DNA of 64,000 bases from Pseudomonadota bacterium (lineage in GTDB: Bacteria > Bdellovibrionota > UBA1018), in assembly GCA_027485695.1 (NCBI GenBank), contig JAIXQO010000004.1, positions 110,056 through 174,055 of the forward strand, in the 5' to 3' direction. Below, one piece after another: positions 27,164 to 37,361 of this stretch (within the stretch, counting starts at the first letter, position 1; each line of letters opens with the position of its first letter). The notes beneath the pieces are model-generated. The model did no database searches. It was not told the DNA's origin and saw nothing but the letters and a program-made list of their open reading frames with translations. Both the position numbers and the translations under genes were made by a program.

Positions 27164-28414
27164 GTGAGATCGATCTCCATCCTCCCTCTATTACTCGCCT
27201 CCATCCTATTCGGCCCTGGGCCACGGGCGGCGTTTGGTCGATGCTCCGATCGCCTGGAAAAACTGTATTCCGCCCGCCTCGCGAGCTACCTAGCCGAGGA
27301 TAGCCGCATCCGCACACCTCCATCCAGACGGCCTGGCGCGCTTAACTTCGTCGAGTCTTGTTATCAAAATGTGACCAACCTTTATGACAGCGTCTTCGGC
27401 ACCCTCAATCAAGTCGCGCCTGAAATTTTCGAAAGACATGAAATCGAATGCATCCGAACCGCTCAAAAAGACTTCGGCCCCAAACGATATGTCGAGTGCA
27501 CCAGCCGTACAGATTCCATTCTCGACTCCGATGGAACCATTGATGTCGCAGATCCACCCTGTATCGACAAAACGCCCACCTACAGCACGCTAAACGCCTA
27601 TCTTTTTAAAAAAGCCGCCGCTTGTACCGGCATGTCGGCCGCAGAATTGTTTAGACTGTTCAGCCATGAATCCGGGTTCCATCCGGAGATGGTGTCTCAC
27701 ACCAAGTGCTTCGGTATTGGTCAGATGTCGGTTGTTCGCATGCAGGATATGTATGATCGCGATGACCAGGTGAAAAACCTCGGTCCTAAAACCTCGCCCG
27801 TCACCCGAGCGATTTTGGAGTCCATTCGTGACCTAAACGCGACCATCGAAAAAGATCCATCCTGCCACGCGTTCAAAAACGTCATGAACTATCGGGCCGA
27901 TCCGAAGTACCGCTGCCAATACCTCTACCATTCTTGGAGACCGGATAAGAACTCCAACCGCGAGGTTCCACTCAACCCGGAGATCGGCTATTTCGCAGGC
28001 GCCAAGGCCTACATGATCAACCGGGCGCAAATTCAGGCTACGATGAAAATCTGGGGGAAAACTTTTCAGTATCTCCCGAAACTCGAGGCTGGTCAGTATG
28101 ATCGATTGCTCGCGGGCCTGACTACGATCGCGCATAACACCGGCATGGCAGGACTCCTCTCGCAGTTCACGCTATTTATGAAAACGCCTGGATTTAGCAA
28201 ATTCCTAAAGGCGCAATACGCCGCTCAAGAGCGCGTAAACGCGGACGATATCCTGAACGATTTTTCAGCGTACATGAAGGAAAACTACCCGGTCGAAAGT
28301 AAGGATCCAGACGAGATCAGAGCGCGTCGCAAAGAAGTCTCTCAATACTACGCGAGCGCCCGAGGATCCGCGATCGACATTGAACTGAAAACGGGGGCGA
28401 AATGTTTTCGTTAA
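27164..28414 (+). CDS. Secreted protein with lytic-transglycosylase (SLT)-like catalytic motif
   Basis: Signal peptide. LFRLFSHESGFHPEMVSHTKCFGIGQMSV matches the ES...S...G-GQ/LMQ motif of family-1 lytic transglycosylases. Confidence 0.45.
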   Translation: MRSISILPLLLASILFGPGPRAAFGRCSDRLEKLYSARLASYLAEDSRIRTPPSRRPGALNFVESCYQNVTNLYDSVFGTLNQVAPEIFERHEIECIRTAQKDFGPKRYVECTSRTDSILDSDGTIDVADPPCIDKTPTYSTLNAYLFKKAAACTGMSAAELFRLFSHESGFHPEMVSHTKCFGIGQMSVVRMQDMYDRDDQVKNLGPKTSPVTRAILESIRDLNATIEKDPSCHAFKNVMNYRADPKYRCQYLYHSWRPDKNSNREVPLNPEIGYFAGAKAYMINRAQIQATMKIWGKTFQYLPKLEAGQYDRLLAGLTTIAHNTGMAGLLSQFTLFMKTPGFSKFLKAQYAAQERVNADDILNDFSAYMKENYPVESKDPDEIRARRKEVSQYYASARGSAIDIELKTGAKCFR

Positions 28415-28842
28415 TCCAGTTACTGCTACTCGGCATCGTTACCCAAAACTCATTCAGTGCGGCGATCGATCCTGAACGCATACCGAAACTGATTCGATCC
28501 GATGTCGAAAACCTGCTGAATCAGGCGCAAACCAAAGACAAAAAATATCAAGCGCAAGTGGTCGTAATACGGGAAAAAATCGAGCGATTCGAATCGAACT
28601 TCCTCGAAAAAGGCATCACACCCAAAGACACCCGCGAACTGAGTACCTTATTCCAGATGTTGGCGTTTCTTCGTGCTATCGATTTGGATTCCGGAGCTCC
28701 ACTCAGCTGTGAACCGCTGGTTCGTACACTCAAGGCGCAAATGGGCGATTATTCCAAACCTGGGGAATACGAGCCCGCCTTTTCTATCGTGCGAGAAATG
28801 TTAGAGACGTTCTGCGTGCCCGGAGAAAACAAGACGAACTAG
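28402..28842 (+). CDS. Secreted hypothetical protein
   Basis: Signal-like N-terminus MFSLIQLLLLGIVTQNSFSAA. Overlaps the upstream gene by 13 nt. Confidence 0.3.
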   Translation: MFSLIQLLLLGIVTQNSFSAAIDPERIPKLIRSDVENLLNQAQTKDKKYQAQVVVIREKIERFESNFLEKGITPKDTRELSTLFQMLAFLRAIDLDSGAPLSCEPLVRTLKAQMGDYSKPGEYEPAFSIVREMLETFCVPGENKTN

Positions 28843-29639
28843 TCCCGAAGCTTCTCGCTTCTTTTGGTCGCAGCGAGCACGGCCTTGATCAGCGTCACTC
28901 GGAGCTTGCCTTCTTCTAGAGCCATCAAGCCGTCGATCGTGCAACCAGCTGGGGTGGTCACTTCGTCTTTGAGTGACGCCGGATGTTCACCGCGCTCGAG
29001 CACCATCTTAGCGGCGCCCAGCAGCGTCTGAGCTGCGAGCAATGTTGCTTTCTCGCGTGGGATGCCGACCTTAACGCCCGCTTCGCTGAGGGCTTCGATG
29101 ATGAGGTAACCGTAAGCCGGACCACATCCGCTGAGCCCCGTCACGCCGTCCATTAATTTCTCGTCGACGGTCGTTACTCGTCCCACTGCTGCAAACAAAC
29201 GCGAAGCGGTTTTGATGTGTGCGTCGGATGCGGACTGCCCCGGAGCGAATACCGTCATTCCTTCGCGAATCACTGATGGTGTGTTCGGCATCGCCCGGAT
29301 CACTGCGATCTTGCCACCACTGAACTCCGACAGCTGACGATTCGTGATAGAAGCGCAAACCGAGATAAGAAGCGCGTTCTTTTTGAAGTGTCCCGAAACT
29401 TGTTTCAAGACCTCTTCGGCTTGGTAGGGTTTTACACTCAAAATCACGACATCAGATTCAGACACGCATTTGGAGTTATCGGTATGTACTTGGATACCGA
29501 GACGTTTAGACGAATTCTTAGCACTCTCGTCCGTGCGTGTGGTGGCAGACAAATCCGATTTCTGCGCGACTTCGGACGAGAGGAGCCCTGAAACGAGCGC
29601 CTCACCGAGTTTGCCGAGGCCCAATATGCCGATTTTCAT
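28839..29639 (-). CDS. proC: Pyrroline-5-carboxylate reductase
   Basis: MKIGILGLGKLGEALVSGL Rossmann N-terminus and ProC-like C-terminus. The ATG at 29639 overlaps the proA stop as ATGA. Confidence 0.85.
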   Translation of the reverse strand: MKIGILGLGKLGEALVSGLLSSEVAQKSDLSATTRTDESAKNSSKRLGIQVHTDNSKCVSESDVVILSVKPYQAEEVLKQVSGHFKKNALLISVCASITNRQLSEFSGGKIAVIRAMPNTPSVIREGMTVFAPGQSASDAHIKTASRLFAAVGRVTTVDEKLMDGVTGLSGCGPAYGYLIIEALSEAGVKVGIPREKATLLAAQTLLGAAKMVLERGEHPASLKDEVTTPAGCTIDGLMALEEGKLRVTLIKAVLAATKRSEKLRD

Positions 29640-30886
29640 TTTCTCACCTGTCCGATTCCATCCACAATCCAACGTTCACTGGTCAGAGCGGCCACGCCGA
29701 CCGGGCCTCGCACATGGAGTTTTTGAGTGCTGATCCCAATCTCTCCACCGAGTCCCATTTGAAATCCGTCTGTGAAACGAGTCGAGGCGTTCCAATAGAC
29801 GCAGGCTGAATCCACCGCATGTTGAAAAGTTCGAGCAATTGATTCGCTCCTCGTGACGATCGACTCCGAATGGCGAGAACTGTAGGTCTCGATGTGGGCG
29901 ATCGCATCGGCTAACGAGTGCACGAGCCGGACGTTCAGCTTGAGTTCCAAATGCTCCACGGAAAACGTATCCATCTCAGCTTGTCGGATGCGCGTTCCCA
30001 ACGATTGAAACCGATCGAAATCAGAGCCGGTCAAAATGAACTCTACCGTTTCGAGATCGTAATAAGCTTTCGTGAAAAACTCATCCGCTACTCGGTCATG
30101 AATGAGCAGCGTCTCCAGGGAATTACAGACGCCCGGGCGCTGGGTTTTCGCATTTTTTACGATCGCTAGCGCCATGGCAAGATCCGCGTCCTCGTGAACG
30201 TACACATGACAGAGGCCGCGATCGTTCTTAATAATCGGAATTCGCGAGTTTTCCACGACGAATTCGATGAGTTTTTCTCCGCCGCGCGGGATGACCACAT
30301 CGATGTACTGTTTCGCATGCAAGAGCGATCGCACGAGCTCGCGATCCGGGTCCGTGATTCCGAGGATTGATTCGCGCGGTAGTTTCGCCCGCTCAAGCGC
30401 ATCCCTCATCCAATCGTAGAAGCACCGTGTGGTGTTCATCGATTCCTTGCCACCGCGAAGAATGATCGCATTGCCGCTTTTTAGAGCGAGCGAAAACGAT
30501 TCCACTGCGACGTTGGGTCGGGATTCAAAAATCAAAAATATAACGCCGAGCGGAGAGCGCACCTTGCGAAGCCGGAGGCCATTCTCAAGATTGCGATCTT
30601 CGACGGTCTCGCCGATCGGGTCCGGAAGTTTCGCCACTTGCCTCAAGCTCTCGGCCATATCACGAAGGCGAACTTCATTGAGACGAAGCCGATCACGAAA
30701 CGCTTCTGTCGCATCTTCGTTGAGAGCCAACAGATCTTTTTGATTTTCCGCCAGAAGCGTTTCGGAGTTCTTTTCGAGTCGTTCCGCCAGATCCAACAGC
30801 ACTTGATTGCGCGCGCTTACATCAGACATGCGAAGCACGCTTGATGCAGAACGAATCTGATCCAAAGGCAGGGAAAACGACGTCAT
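29636..30886 (-). CDS. proA: Gamma-glutamyl phosphate reductase
   Basis: 416 aa with aldehyde-dehydrogenase-like ProA motifs (NAIILRGGKES, VIPRGG, NDRGLCHVYV, VCNSLETLLIH). Confidence 0.9.
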   Translation of the reverse strand: MTSFSLPLDQIRSASSVLRMSDVSARNQVLLDLAERLEKNSETLLAENQKDLLALNEDATEAFRDRLRLNEVRLRDMAESLRQVAKLPDPIGETVEDRNLENGLRLRKVRSPLGVIFLIFESRPNVAVESFSLALKSGNAIILRGGKESMNTTRCFYDWMRDALERAKLPRESILGITDPDRELVRSLLHAKQYIDVVIPRGGEKLIEFVVENSRIPIIKNDRGLCHVYVHEDADLAMALAIVKNAKTQRPGVCNSLETLLIHDRVADEFFTKAYYDLETVEFILTGSDFDRFQSLGTRIRQAEMDTFSVEHLELKLNVRLVHSLADAIAHIETYSSRHSESIVTRSESIARTFQHAVDSACVYWNASTRFTDGFQMGLGGEIGISTQKLHVRGPVGVAALTSERWIVDGIGQVRK

Positions 30887-30983
30887 TGCCCGATTTTAAC
30901 CGAAAACGCGCTCAGGCTATAGGGGGCATTTTTTGCCCAAACGACTTTTGGAGGATTCCACACTTTGGCACTTGGCCAACGCC

Positions 30984-33059
30984 CTAGATCTTGGGACTAG
31001 GCGGTGGCGGCAACTGCGGACGCCCACTGCGAAGCAGGTCCGCAAGCAGCACCTGAACCAGTCCTTGGTCTCCGCCTCCACTGCCTGAACTCACCTGGAT
31101 TTCAGGAGTGATCTTGAGGCCCGCTCCCGCGATCGACTTCACGATCTCGACCGATGCGACCCCTTGCGCGGTCAGCGCGTCCACTTGATCACGGTAAGCC
31201 TTGGCTTGCGCTTCGCCCTTGGCTCGAATGATCGACGCCTCTGCATCCCCCATTTGCTGGGTTCGTGTTGCATCGGCTTCGGCGATCATTCGCACGCGGG
31301 AGGCCTCGCCTCGTGCACGCTCTTCGTTCTGACGAGCTTCGTGCTGGGCAACCTTGATACCCGTCTCTGCCGTAATGATCGCTAACTGCGCGTCGGCCTC
31401 GGCCTTGGTTTTCTCGAATTCGATCCGGCGTTGCTCGGCATCTTTCTTGGCGTCGAACATGGATTTCTCCTGCTCTGCTAAGTTTTTTTGCTGAGTCGTT
31501 TTCATGAGCGCTTCAGGCAAATGAATGTTCGTGATCATGACCGAGACGACTTCGACTCGATATTTGGCCAAGTCTTTGCGAACGGCCTCCTCGGCGGCTT
31601 TTTGTTCCTCCGCGCGATTTTGCTGATAAGAAATGGCGGGCGACCTCGACACTTGCGCACGAAAAACACCGTCAATCTGGGGATGAATCACGTTCGTCTC
31701 CAGTTCATTGATCGAGCCGATTTTCTGCACAACGTAGGGCGCGTTCTCCGGCAGTACCCGGTACTGACATCGCACTTCGACTTGCATGGGGAAACCGTCG
31801 TAAGAAACGACCTGGAATGGATCGAAGCTATTCGACGCGCTTTGTTTATTACTCTCGGCACTCCAATCGACTGAGCGAGTGGCCGTCGGAATGATGATCG
31901 CGGCGTACGCGAGCGGATTGATGTTGTAGGCACCAGGACCCAGGACCTCGCGCTGGATTCCGCGAAATCCCTTGGGAACGACGTGACGTGCCGGCATCTT
32001 GTCATCGATCGGCTCTTGAGAGACGAATTCGACGGGATCCTTGCCGATGTTTGAGATCAGCACGGCTACCTGGCCTTGATTCACAACGGTTTGTTTGCGC
32101 TTAGACACGGCAAATAAGTAAGGGTTGATGTAGTACGTACCAGGAGTCAGGATATTCTCTTGGGGTCCACGCTTACCGCCGTTGTTTAGGAACGCCTGAC
32201 CATCCTGAAAGTGATTGTGATTATCCGGCGTCGCTGCAACGACTTCGTCACGGCCGATTTGGACACCATCTCGCGCATCGACGATGCCGATTTCATTTTC
32301 GCTGATGGCGACCGCATCACGAATCTCGACGACGAAAATCTCGGTATTGATGTTGTAAGACCCCGGACGCAGGAAATCGATCTGTGGACCTTTTTGACCA
32401 CCGTTTTTTAGGAAAAGTTCTGCGCGTTGGAAACTATCGTGATCCGGAACGCTCTTACCCAGGAGTTGCCCGGCATTCAGTGGTGCGCCGTCATTCGCGG
32501 TAATGACCCCGATCTTACCTTCGGGAACGTAGGTTTTCTTGATCTTCGTCACGCGAAATACATCCGGATGAACCTTGAACGTGCCGTTGGTCAAGAAACG
32601 GAGCTGTTTGCCACGAATCCCACCATGCTGAAGAAACGCGGTCGGATCCTGAAAATGATTGTGGCGGTCACTGGCTGGATCGTCCGCAAAAATACGACCG
32701 GGAGGCAATGAGGCGCCATCTGTGGCCTCAACGATCCCCAGTTCGTCGGCAGCGATCTGAAGAAATTTCGGTTTCGAAACCACTCGGACGAATGGCCATG
32801 GAACGAAGTGTAGTCCCGGCTCTAGGTACTCCGCGCGAAGTCCGACCTGGTTCCCGCTCGCAAAAACACGCTCACCGTCGAGCGTCCCGCCGATGAAACG
32901 TTTTTCCATCACGGCGATTTCTTCGGCTCCGACGTTCACCAAGAACTGCTTTAGAAAAGCGACAAACACGAATAGCGCAAAAATACCCAAACCGATCAAA
33001 AAGCTTCCAACTTCCATGTCAGAACCCGTCCTCATTTTTATTTTAAATGAATATAACAA
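30984..33059 (-). CDS. SPFH/flotillin-family membrane protein with a triplicated ~55-aa N-terminal repeat
   Basis: N-terminal TM segment. Three tandem repeats (HNHFQD..AFL..GG.RG.Q..FL.PG.Y). An SPFH core, then a flotillin-like Ala/Glu-rich C-terminus (AEADAQLAIITAETGIKVAQHEARQNEERARGEASRVRMIAEADA...). Start ambiguous: candidate ATGs at 33059 and 33017. Confidence 0.7.
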   Translation of the reverse strand: MLYSFKIKMRTGSDMEVGSFLIGLGIFALFVFVAFLKQFLVNVGAEEIAVMEKRFIGGTLDGERVFASGNQVGLRAEYLEPGLHFVPWPFVRVVSKPKFLQIAADELGIVEATDGASLPPGRIFADDPASDRHNHFQDPTAFLQHGGIRGKQLRFLTNGTFKVHPDVFRVTKIKKTYVPEGKIGVITANDGAPLNAGQLLGKSVPDHDSFQRAELFLKNGGQKGPQIDFLRPGSYNINTEIFVVEIRDAVAISENEIGIVDARDGVQIGRDEVVAATPDNHNHFQDGQAFLNNGGKRGPQENILTPGTYYINPYLFAVSKRKQTVVNQGQVAVLISNIGKDPVEFVSQEPIDDKMPARHVVPKGFRGIQREVLGPGAYNINPLAYAAIIIPTATRSVDWSAESNKQSASNSFDPFQVVSYDGFPMQVEVRCQYRVLPENAPYVVQKIGSINELETNVIHPQIDGVFRAQVSRSPAISYQQNRAEEQKAAEEAVRKDLAKYRVEVVSVMITNIHLPEALMKTTQQKNLAEQEKSMFDAKKDAEQRRIEFEKTKAEADAQLAIITAETGIKVAQHEARQNEERARGEASRVRMIAEADATRTQQMGDAEASIIRAKGEAQAKAYRDQVDALTAQGVASVEIVKSIAGAGLKITPEIQVSSGSGGGDQGLVQVLLADLLRSGRPQLPPPPSPKI

Positions 33060-33139
33060 TATTCAGGCCGACGGACCTGCTTGGTCAATCCCCTGCCCGG
33101 AAATTATTTTGGATGAAACAGTCGGCAAATTCGGCCGAT

Positions 33140-33937
33140 TTAGGAACGCTTGCGAACGCGTGTCCCGACTGAATGGCCTTGAGCGATTTGAAGCAGGACT
33201 TGCGGAAGATCCCCTTTGGCTAGCCAAGTCTCCACACCCTTCTTGGACGCGAGATCAGCCGCCTTGATCTTAGAGAGGATACCTCCGGTGCCACGTGAGG
33301 TTCCACCGCCGGTTCCACTTTCTCGTTCGAGCTTCTTGACGAGCGAAGGCGTGATGCCTTTCATCTCCTCAATTCGCCTTGCGCCCGGATTTTTACGGGG
33401 ATCGCTGTCATAGAGTCCTTCGACATCGGTCAGGATCACCAGTCGTTGAGCTTTCATACTCACGGCGACGCGAGCGGAAAGGGCATCGTTGTCGCCAAAT
33501 TTGATTTCGTCCGTCGCGACCGCATCGTTCTCATTGAGAACCGGAGTGACCTCCCAATCGAGGAGTTGATTGAGCGTATTTTGAACGTTCTTCTTTCGAA
33601 CCGTATTCATCAGGTCTTCTGAAGTGAGCAGAACCTGGGCCCCCAAGAGTCCTTGGGCCTGAAGCGCAAGATTATAAAGGTCCTGAATGGCTGGCTGACC
33701 AATGGCCGAAAGCGCTTGTTTCTCTTTGAGTTCGCGTTTGGGTTTCTTAAATTGGATCCGCTCAACGGCCGTCGCGATCGCGCCACTGGTGACCCAGATG
33801 ACCTCCACTCCGTGATGCCGACGGAGCTGTGCCACTTGACTCATCCAATCGCGGATCAAAAGCGGTCCGCCCGACAAGATCATATTGCTGCCCGCCTTGA
33901 CGACCCAGCGCTCTCGAATCTTGGTCGTTTTTTTCAT
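33140..33937 (-). CDS. proB: Glutamate 5-kinase (short form, no PUA domain)
   Basis: VVKAGSN...ENDAV..DEIKFGDNDALSARVA...ILTDVEGLYDSDPRKNP are ProB motifs. 265 aa. Confidence 0.85.
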   Translation of the reverse strand: MKKTTKIRERWVVKAGSNMILSGGPLLIRDWMSQVAQLRRHHGVEVIWVTSGAIATAVERIQFKKPKRELKEKQALSAIGQPAIQDLYNLALQAQGLLGAQVLLTSEDLMNTVRKKNVQNTLNQLLDWEVTPVLNENDAVATDEIKFGDNDALSARVAVSMKAQRLVILTDVEGLYDSDPRKNPGARRIEEMKGITPSLVKKLERESGTGGGTSRGTGGILSKIKAADLASKKGVETWLAKGDLPQVLLQIAQGHSVGTRVRKRS

Positions 33938-34473
33938 TTGAGAACGACCTGCGATTTACGGATAGCGTCCGCGACCTCGCGAACGGCACCCCAGCCGCCC
34001 TCACTCTCGGTGATGTAGTTCACGACTTCTTTGACCTCATCCACGGCATGCGGGACGGTCGCAGAGAACCCCACCGCCTGCAAGACCGGCATATCGAATA
34101 GTTCGTCGCCGATGAATGCGATCTGTTCAGCGAGTAGTCCGGTCGCTGCGATGATCTTGTTGAGCGCCTTAATCTTGTCCTCGTCCCCCAGGAAAACATG
34201 CTGGATTTTGAGGAATTCAGCGCGTTTTTTCACGTCCATCGATTCGCCGCCGGAGATGATGCCGACGTCGACTCCCGATTTCATCAGAAGCTTCAAGCCG
34301 TAGCCGTCCTTGATGTTAAAAAAGCGGGTCCAGCCTTGGCCTTCTTGCCAGAAGATGCGGCCGTCGGTGAGGACGCCGTCCACGTCTAGGAGGAGCAGTT
34401 TGATTTTCTTCAAACGGCTCTGAAGTTCAGGGGTCTCAAGCAATTTCTGGGACTGACGCGAAGGGGTGCTCAT
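33934..34473 (-). CDS. kdsC: KDO 8-phosphate phosphatase (HAD family)
   Basis: LLLDVDGVLTDGRIF..., GGES, FIGDELFD. 179 aa. Overlaps the proB start by 4 nt. Confidence 0.75.
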   Translation of the reverse strand: MSTPSRQSQKLLETPELQSRLKKIKLLLLDVDGVLTDGRIFWQEGQGWTRFFNIKDGYGLKLLMKSGVDVGIISGGESMDVKKRAEFLKIQHVFLGDEDKIKALNKIIAATGLLAEQIAFIGDELFDMPVLQAVGFSATVPHAVDEVKEVVNYITESEGGWGAVREVADAIRKSQVVLK

Positions 34474-34643
34474 ATCCCTCCATTGTCTGCGAGACCGGGT
34501 GCGAGATCAATCTTAAGACGGGAGCAAACCGCTAAATTCCGACTGAACGCAAATCACATCCAGTGGATATCCAAATGGAACTCGGCAAAAAAGTTCCGCT
34601 CGCCAGAGCTGGACAAAATACCTCTCCGCATTACACTTCTTAT

Positions 34644-35645
34644 ATGAAAAAAATCGTGGTCGCCTCTGCAGCATTGCTCCCGCTGGCTGCCGTTTCATCT
34701 GAGAAATCGTTCTATCCATCCGCCGGTTGCAAACTATTCTCCTTTTCATCGGGCAAGTTCGCGGCCGCGTCGCCCACGGTCATTCCGCCCGGAACAAAGG
34801 TAGAGACCAAACCCCATCCGAAACGCAGCGATTTCGAGCTTTTCAAATACGATCAAATTTCATACGGCGCTATCAGTTCCTGTTTCGGTGCGGCTTCGGC
34901 AGAATCGGCTGAACTTCCGCTCGAGGTGGAATCAGATTCCCCGCCTATCGCCGAAGAAGTTCAGCCGTCGACCAGTGGCGCATCGGCTAAGGACTATCGT
35001 CCGACGGTGTTCTTCCGCACGACGATCAATGCCTATGATTTTACCGATGGCGAGACCGACGGAAGCACCAGTACCAACGCCTCCACCGGAATTACGACAA
35101 CCGTAGGAAAACTCAGTCTTAAAGCCGGGCTCGGATTTTTGATGGGATTTCACGTCAGCGAGCCCGGATCTGTGATCGTCGGATACCGCCAACTGAAGGC
35201 GACCCAAGACGGTAGCATTTCGAATGGCACGACATCCGGGACGGGTTCAATCGGCACCGCGATCAACGGGAAATTCTACACGCTTGGTTATCAACACGAG
35301 CTGAACAGCTCTCTCCCCATCATTCCCTACGTCCAAGGAAACATCGTTTACGGAAAAACCGAGGAAACTGCAGCCATCACCGGATTCAATGGTGCATTCA
35401 GTGGAATCAATGGAAATGCGAAATTGAGCGAAAGCTCATTCGGCGCACATTTCGAACTGGGAGCCATCCTTCCGATCGCGAGTCATTTCGGTATCACCGG
35501 TGGACTTGGACTCACCTTCTACTCAGGAAAGAAATCAAAAGTCGAATCGTCGACTTCGAGCGCGTTTACCAACGGCGAAGAGATCAAAGGCGACAGCGGC
35601 AAGTCACACTTGAACCTGGCTCTAGGCGCACAGATTCAGTTCTAA
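34644..35645 (+). CDS. Outer-membrane beta-barrel protein (hypothetical)
   Basis: Signal peptide MKKIVVASAALLPLAAVSS, Gly/Thr/Ser-rich alternating strands, and a terminal aromatic residue (..AQIQF). Confidence 0.45.
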   Translation: MKKIVVASAALLPLAAVSSEKSFYPSAGCKLFSFSSGKFAAASPTVIPPGTKVETKPHPKRSDFELFKYDQISYGAISSCFGAASAESAELPLEVESDSPPIAEEVQPSTSGASAKDYRPTVFFRTTINAYDFTDGETDGSTSTNASTGITTTVGKLSLKAGLGFLMGFHVSEPGSVIVGYRQLKATQDGSISNGTTSGTGSIGTAINGKFYTLGYQHELNSSLPIIPYVQGNIVYGKTEETAAITGFNGAFSGINGNAKLSESSFGAHFELGAILPIASHFGITGGLGLTFYSGKKSKVESSTSSAFTNGEEIKGDSGKSHLNLALGAQIQF

Positions 35646-35655
35646 CGGAAAAAAT

Positions 35656-36270
35656 ATGAGCTCATACCCACTCGATGGCCATCAGAACATTCTCGTCCAC
35701 CAAGTCCACGAACTCGGCGAGTGGGTGGGATTCGAGACCCGCAACAAGTACCAACTCTTAGACGAAAGCAAGAACCCGATCGGTTACGCGGCAGAACAGC
35801 AAAAAGGATTTTTCGGTTTCCTGCTCCGTCAGTTTCTGGGTCATTGGCGCAGGTTTGATATCCATTTCTTTACGCCGGATCGTCAACTCGCTTATTTGGC
35901 TCACCATCCGTTTCGTTGGCTGTTCCGAAGAATCGAAATCAGGACTCCAAGCGGAGAACCACTGGGTGCGGTTCAGCAGCGTTTCTCGCTCCTTTCTAAA
36001 CGGTTCGACGTGGAGAATTCCCAAGGAATGGTCGTGATGGAGGTTTCCTCTCCGATCTGGAAACTCTGGACATTCGAGTTCATGAGCGGAAACAAGGCCG
36101 TCGCTTACGTTCGCAAAAAATGGTCCGGACTCATGATGGAGGCATTCACCGACAAAGATAATTTCCTCGTTGAATTCAGCTCTCCAGACCTCACGAACGA
36201 GGAAAAAAATCTCGTGATGGCGTCCGCCGTATTTATCGACCTACTCTATTTCGAAGTCAAAAAATCGTGA
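35656..36270 (+). CDS. Scramblase/LURP-one-like family protein (hypothetical)
   Basis: 204 aa. Weak recollected similarity only. Confidence 0.3.
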   Translation: MSSYPLDGHQNILVHQVHELGEWVGFETRNKYQLLDESKNPIGYAAEQQKGFFGFLLRQFLGHWRRFDIHFFTPDRQLAYLAHHPFRWLFRRIEIRTPSGEPLGAVQQRFSLLSKRFDVENSQGMVVMEVSSPIWKLWTFEFMSGNKAVAYVRKKWSGLMMEAFTDKDNFLVEFSSPDLTNEEKNLVMASAVFIDLLYFEVKKS

Positions 36271-37358
36271 CCGTTTTCAAGGCCCTCCTCAAACGCAAAA
36301 GCGGAACGCTGGAGGTGCACGAAGACCAAGCGATCTTCGTAGGCGATTCGAATGGCGAACCGAAGATCTCCCTATCACTCAGTTCGCTCGAGATCAGCGT
36401 TGAGGGAATGAATAGTCCGCATTACTACCTTTTTGACCCAAACAGCCCTGAAACGAGGATTTGCGTCCAGGATGAACGAATCCTCTCCGTACTCTATGAG
36501 CGAGGGGTCTCCAGTGCCCGGCAAGCATCCGATCGAGGAAAAAAACAGATCAGACAACGGGTACTTCAGGTCGCACTCCCGATCGCGTTCAGTTTAGCGC
36601 TCGCTCTCCTGATCCCAGTGATTTTGTCGTTCTCCCCGCACACCTGGCTAAACAAGCTCGTATCACCGCAAGATGAAAAAAACTGGAGCGAGTGGATCAT
36701 CCCTCACTTAAAGAAACAAAGCCTAGTCCACGAAGGACATTCCGCCGAGCGCCCCATTCGTAAACTCGCGGAAACGATCATTGCTGCGAACCCGTCGCTT
36801 CAGCCATTCTCCTGGAGCATCTATGTCTCGGATAACTCGGAGATCAATGCTTTTGCGCTTCCGGGCCACGTCCTCATCATCAATCAAGGTCTGCTCGCAA
36901 ACGCGAGTAGTGTCGAGGAAATCGCCGGCGTTCTAGCACACGAGATGGGTCATGTGGAACAACGGCATGTTCTCAAAGGCATGACCCGATCGGCGGGAGT
37001 TTTCTTGGGGACTGTCGCATTGTCCCTGATGATCGGCTCGGATAGCGCGGTTCAAGCCACTCAGCTCACGCGGCTGTTTGACCTGAACTACTCGCGACAA
37101 GACGAGGGCGACGCCGACTCCCGGGGATTCTATTTTTTGAATCAAGCGAGGATCAATCCAGCCGGCATGATCGAGTTTTTTTCGAAACTCGCTCGCGAAG
37201 AAAGCACCCCTAAACTTCTGAAACTACTCAGTACGCATCCCGGTTCTCAAGAGCGCGTGGAGGCGCTCAAGAAATTGGCCTCTGGTTCTCATGAAGCCCT
37301 GAATTTGAATCCTCTGCCTGTGAGTTTGTCGGAGCTACGGGCGAGTCAAAACGACTAG
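36267..37358 (+). CDS. M48-family zinc metallopeptidase
   Basis: HEMGHVEQRH (HExxH) with a downstream E, plus a membrane/secretion segment. Overlaps the previous gene by 4 nt. Confidence 0.8.
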   Translation: MTVFKALLKRKSGTLEVHEDQAIFVGDSNGEPKISLSLSSLEISVEGMNSPHYYLFDPNSPETRICVQDERILSVLYERGVSSARQASDRGKKQIRQRVLQVALPIAFSLALALLIPVILSFSPHTWLNKLVSPQDEKNWSEWIIPHLKKQSLVHEGHSAERPIRKLAETIIAANPSLQPFSWSIYVSDNSEINAFALPGHVLIINQGLLANASSVEEIAGVLAHEMGHVEQRHVLKGMTRSAGVFLGTVALSLMIGSDSAVQATQLTRLFDLNYSRQDEGDADSRGFYFLNQARINPAGMIEFFSKLAREESTPKLLKLLSTHPGSQERVEALKKLASGSHEALNLNPLPVSLSELRASQND

Positions 37359-37361
37359 AAA

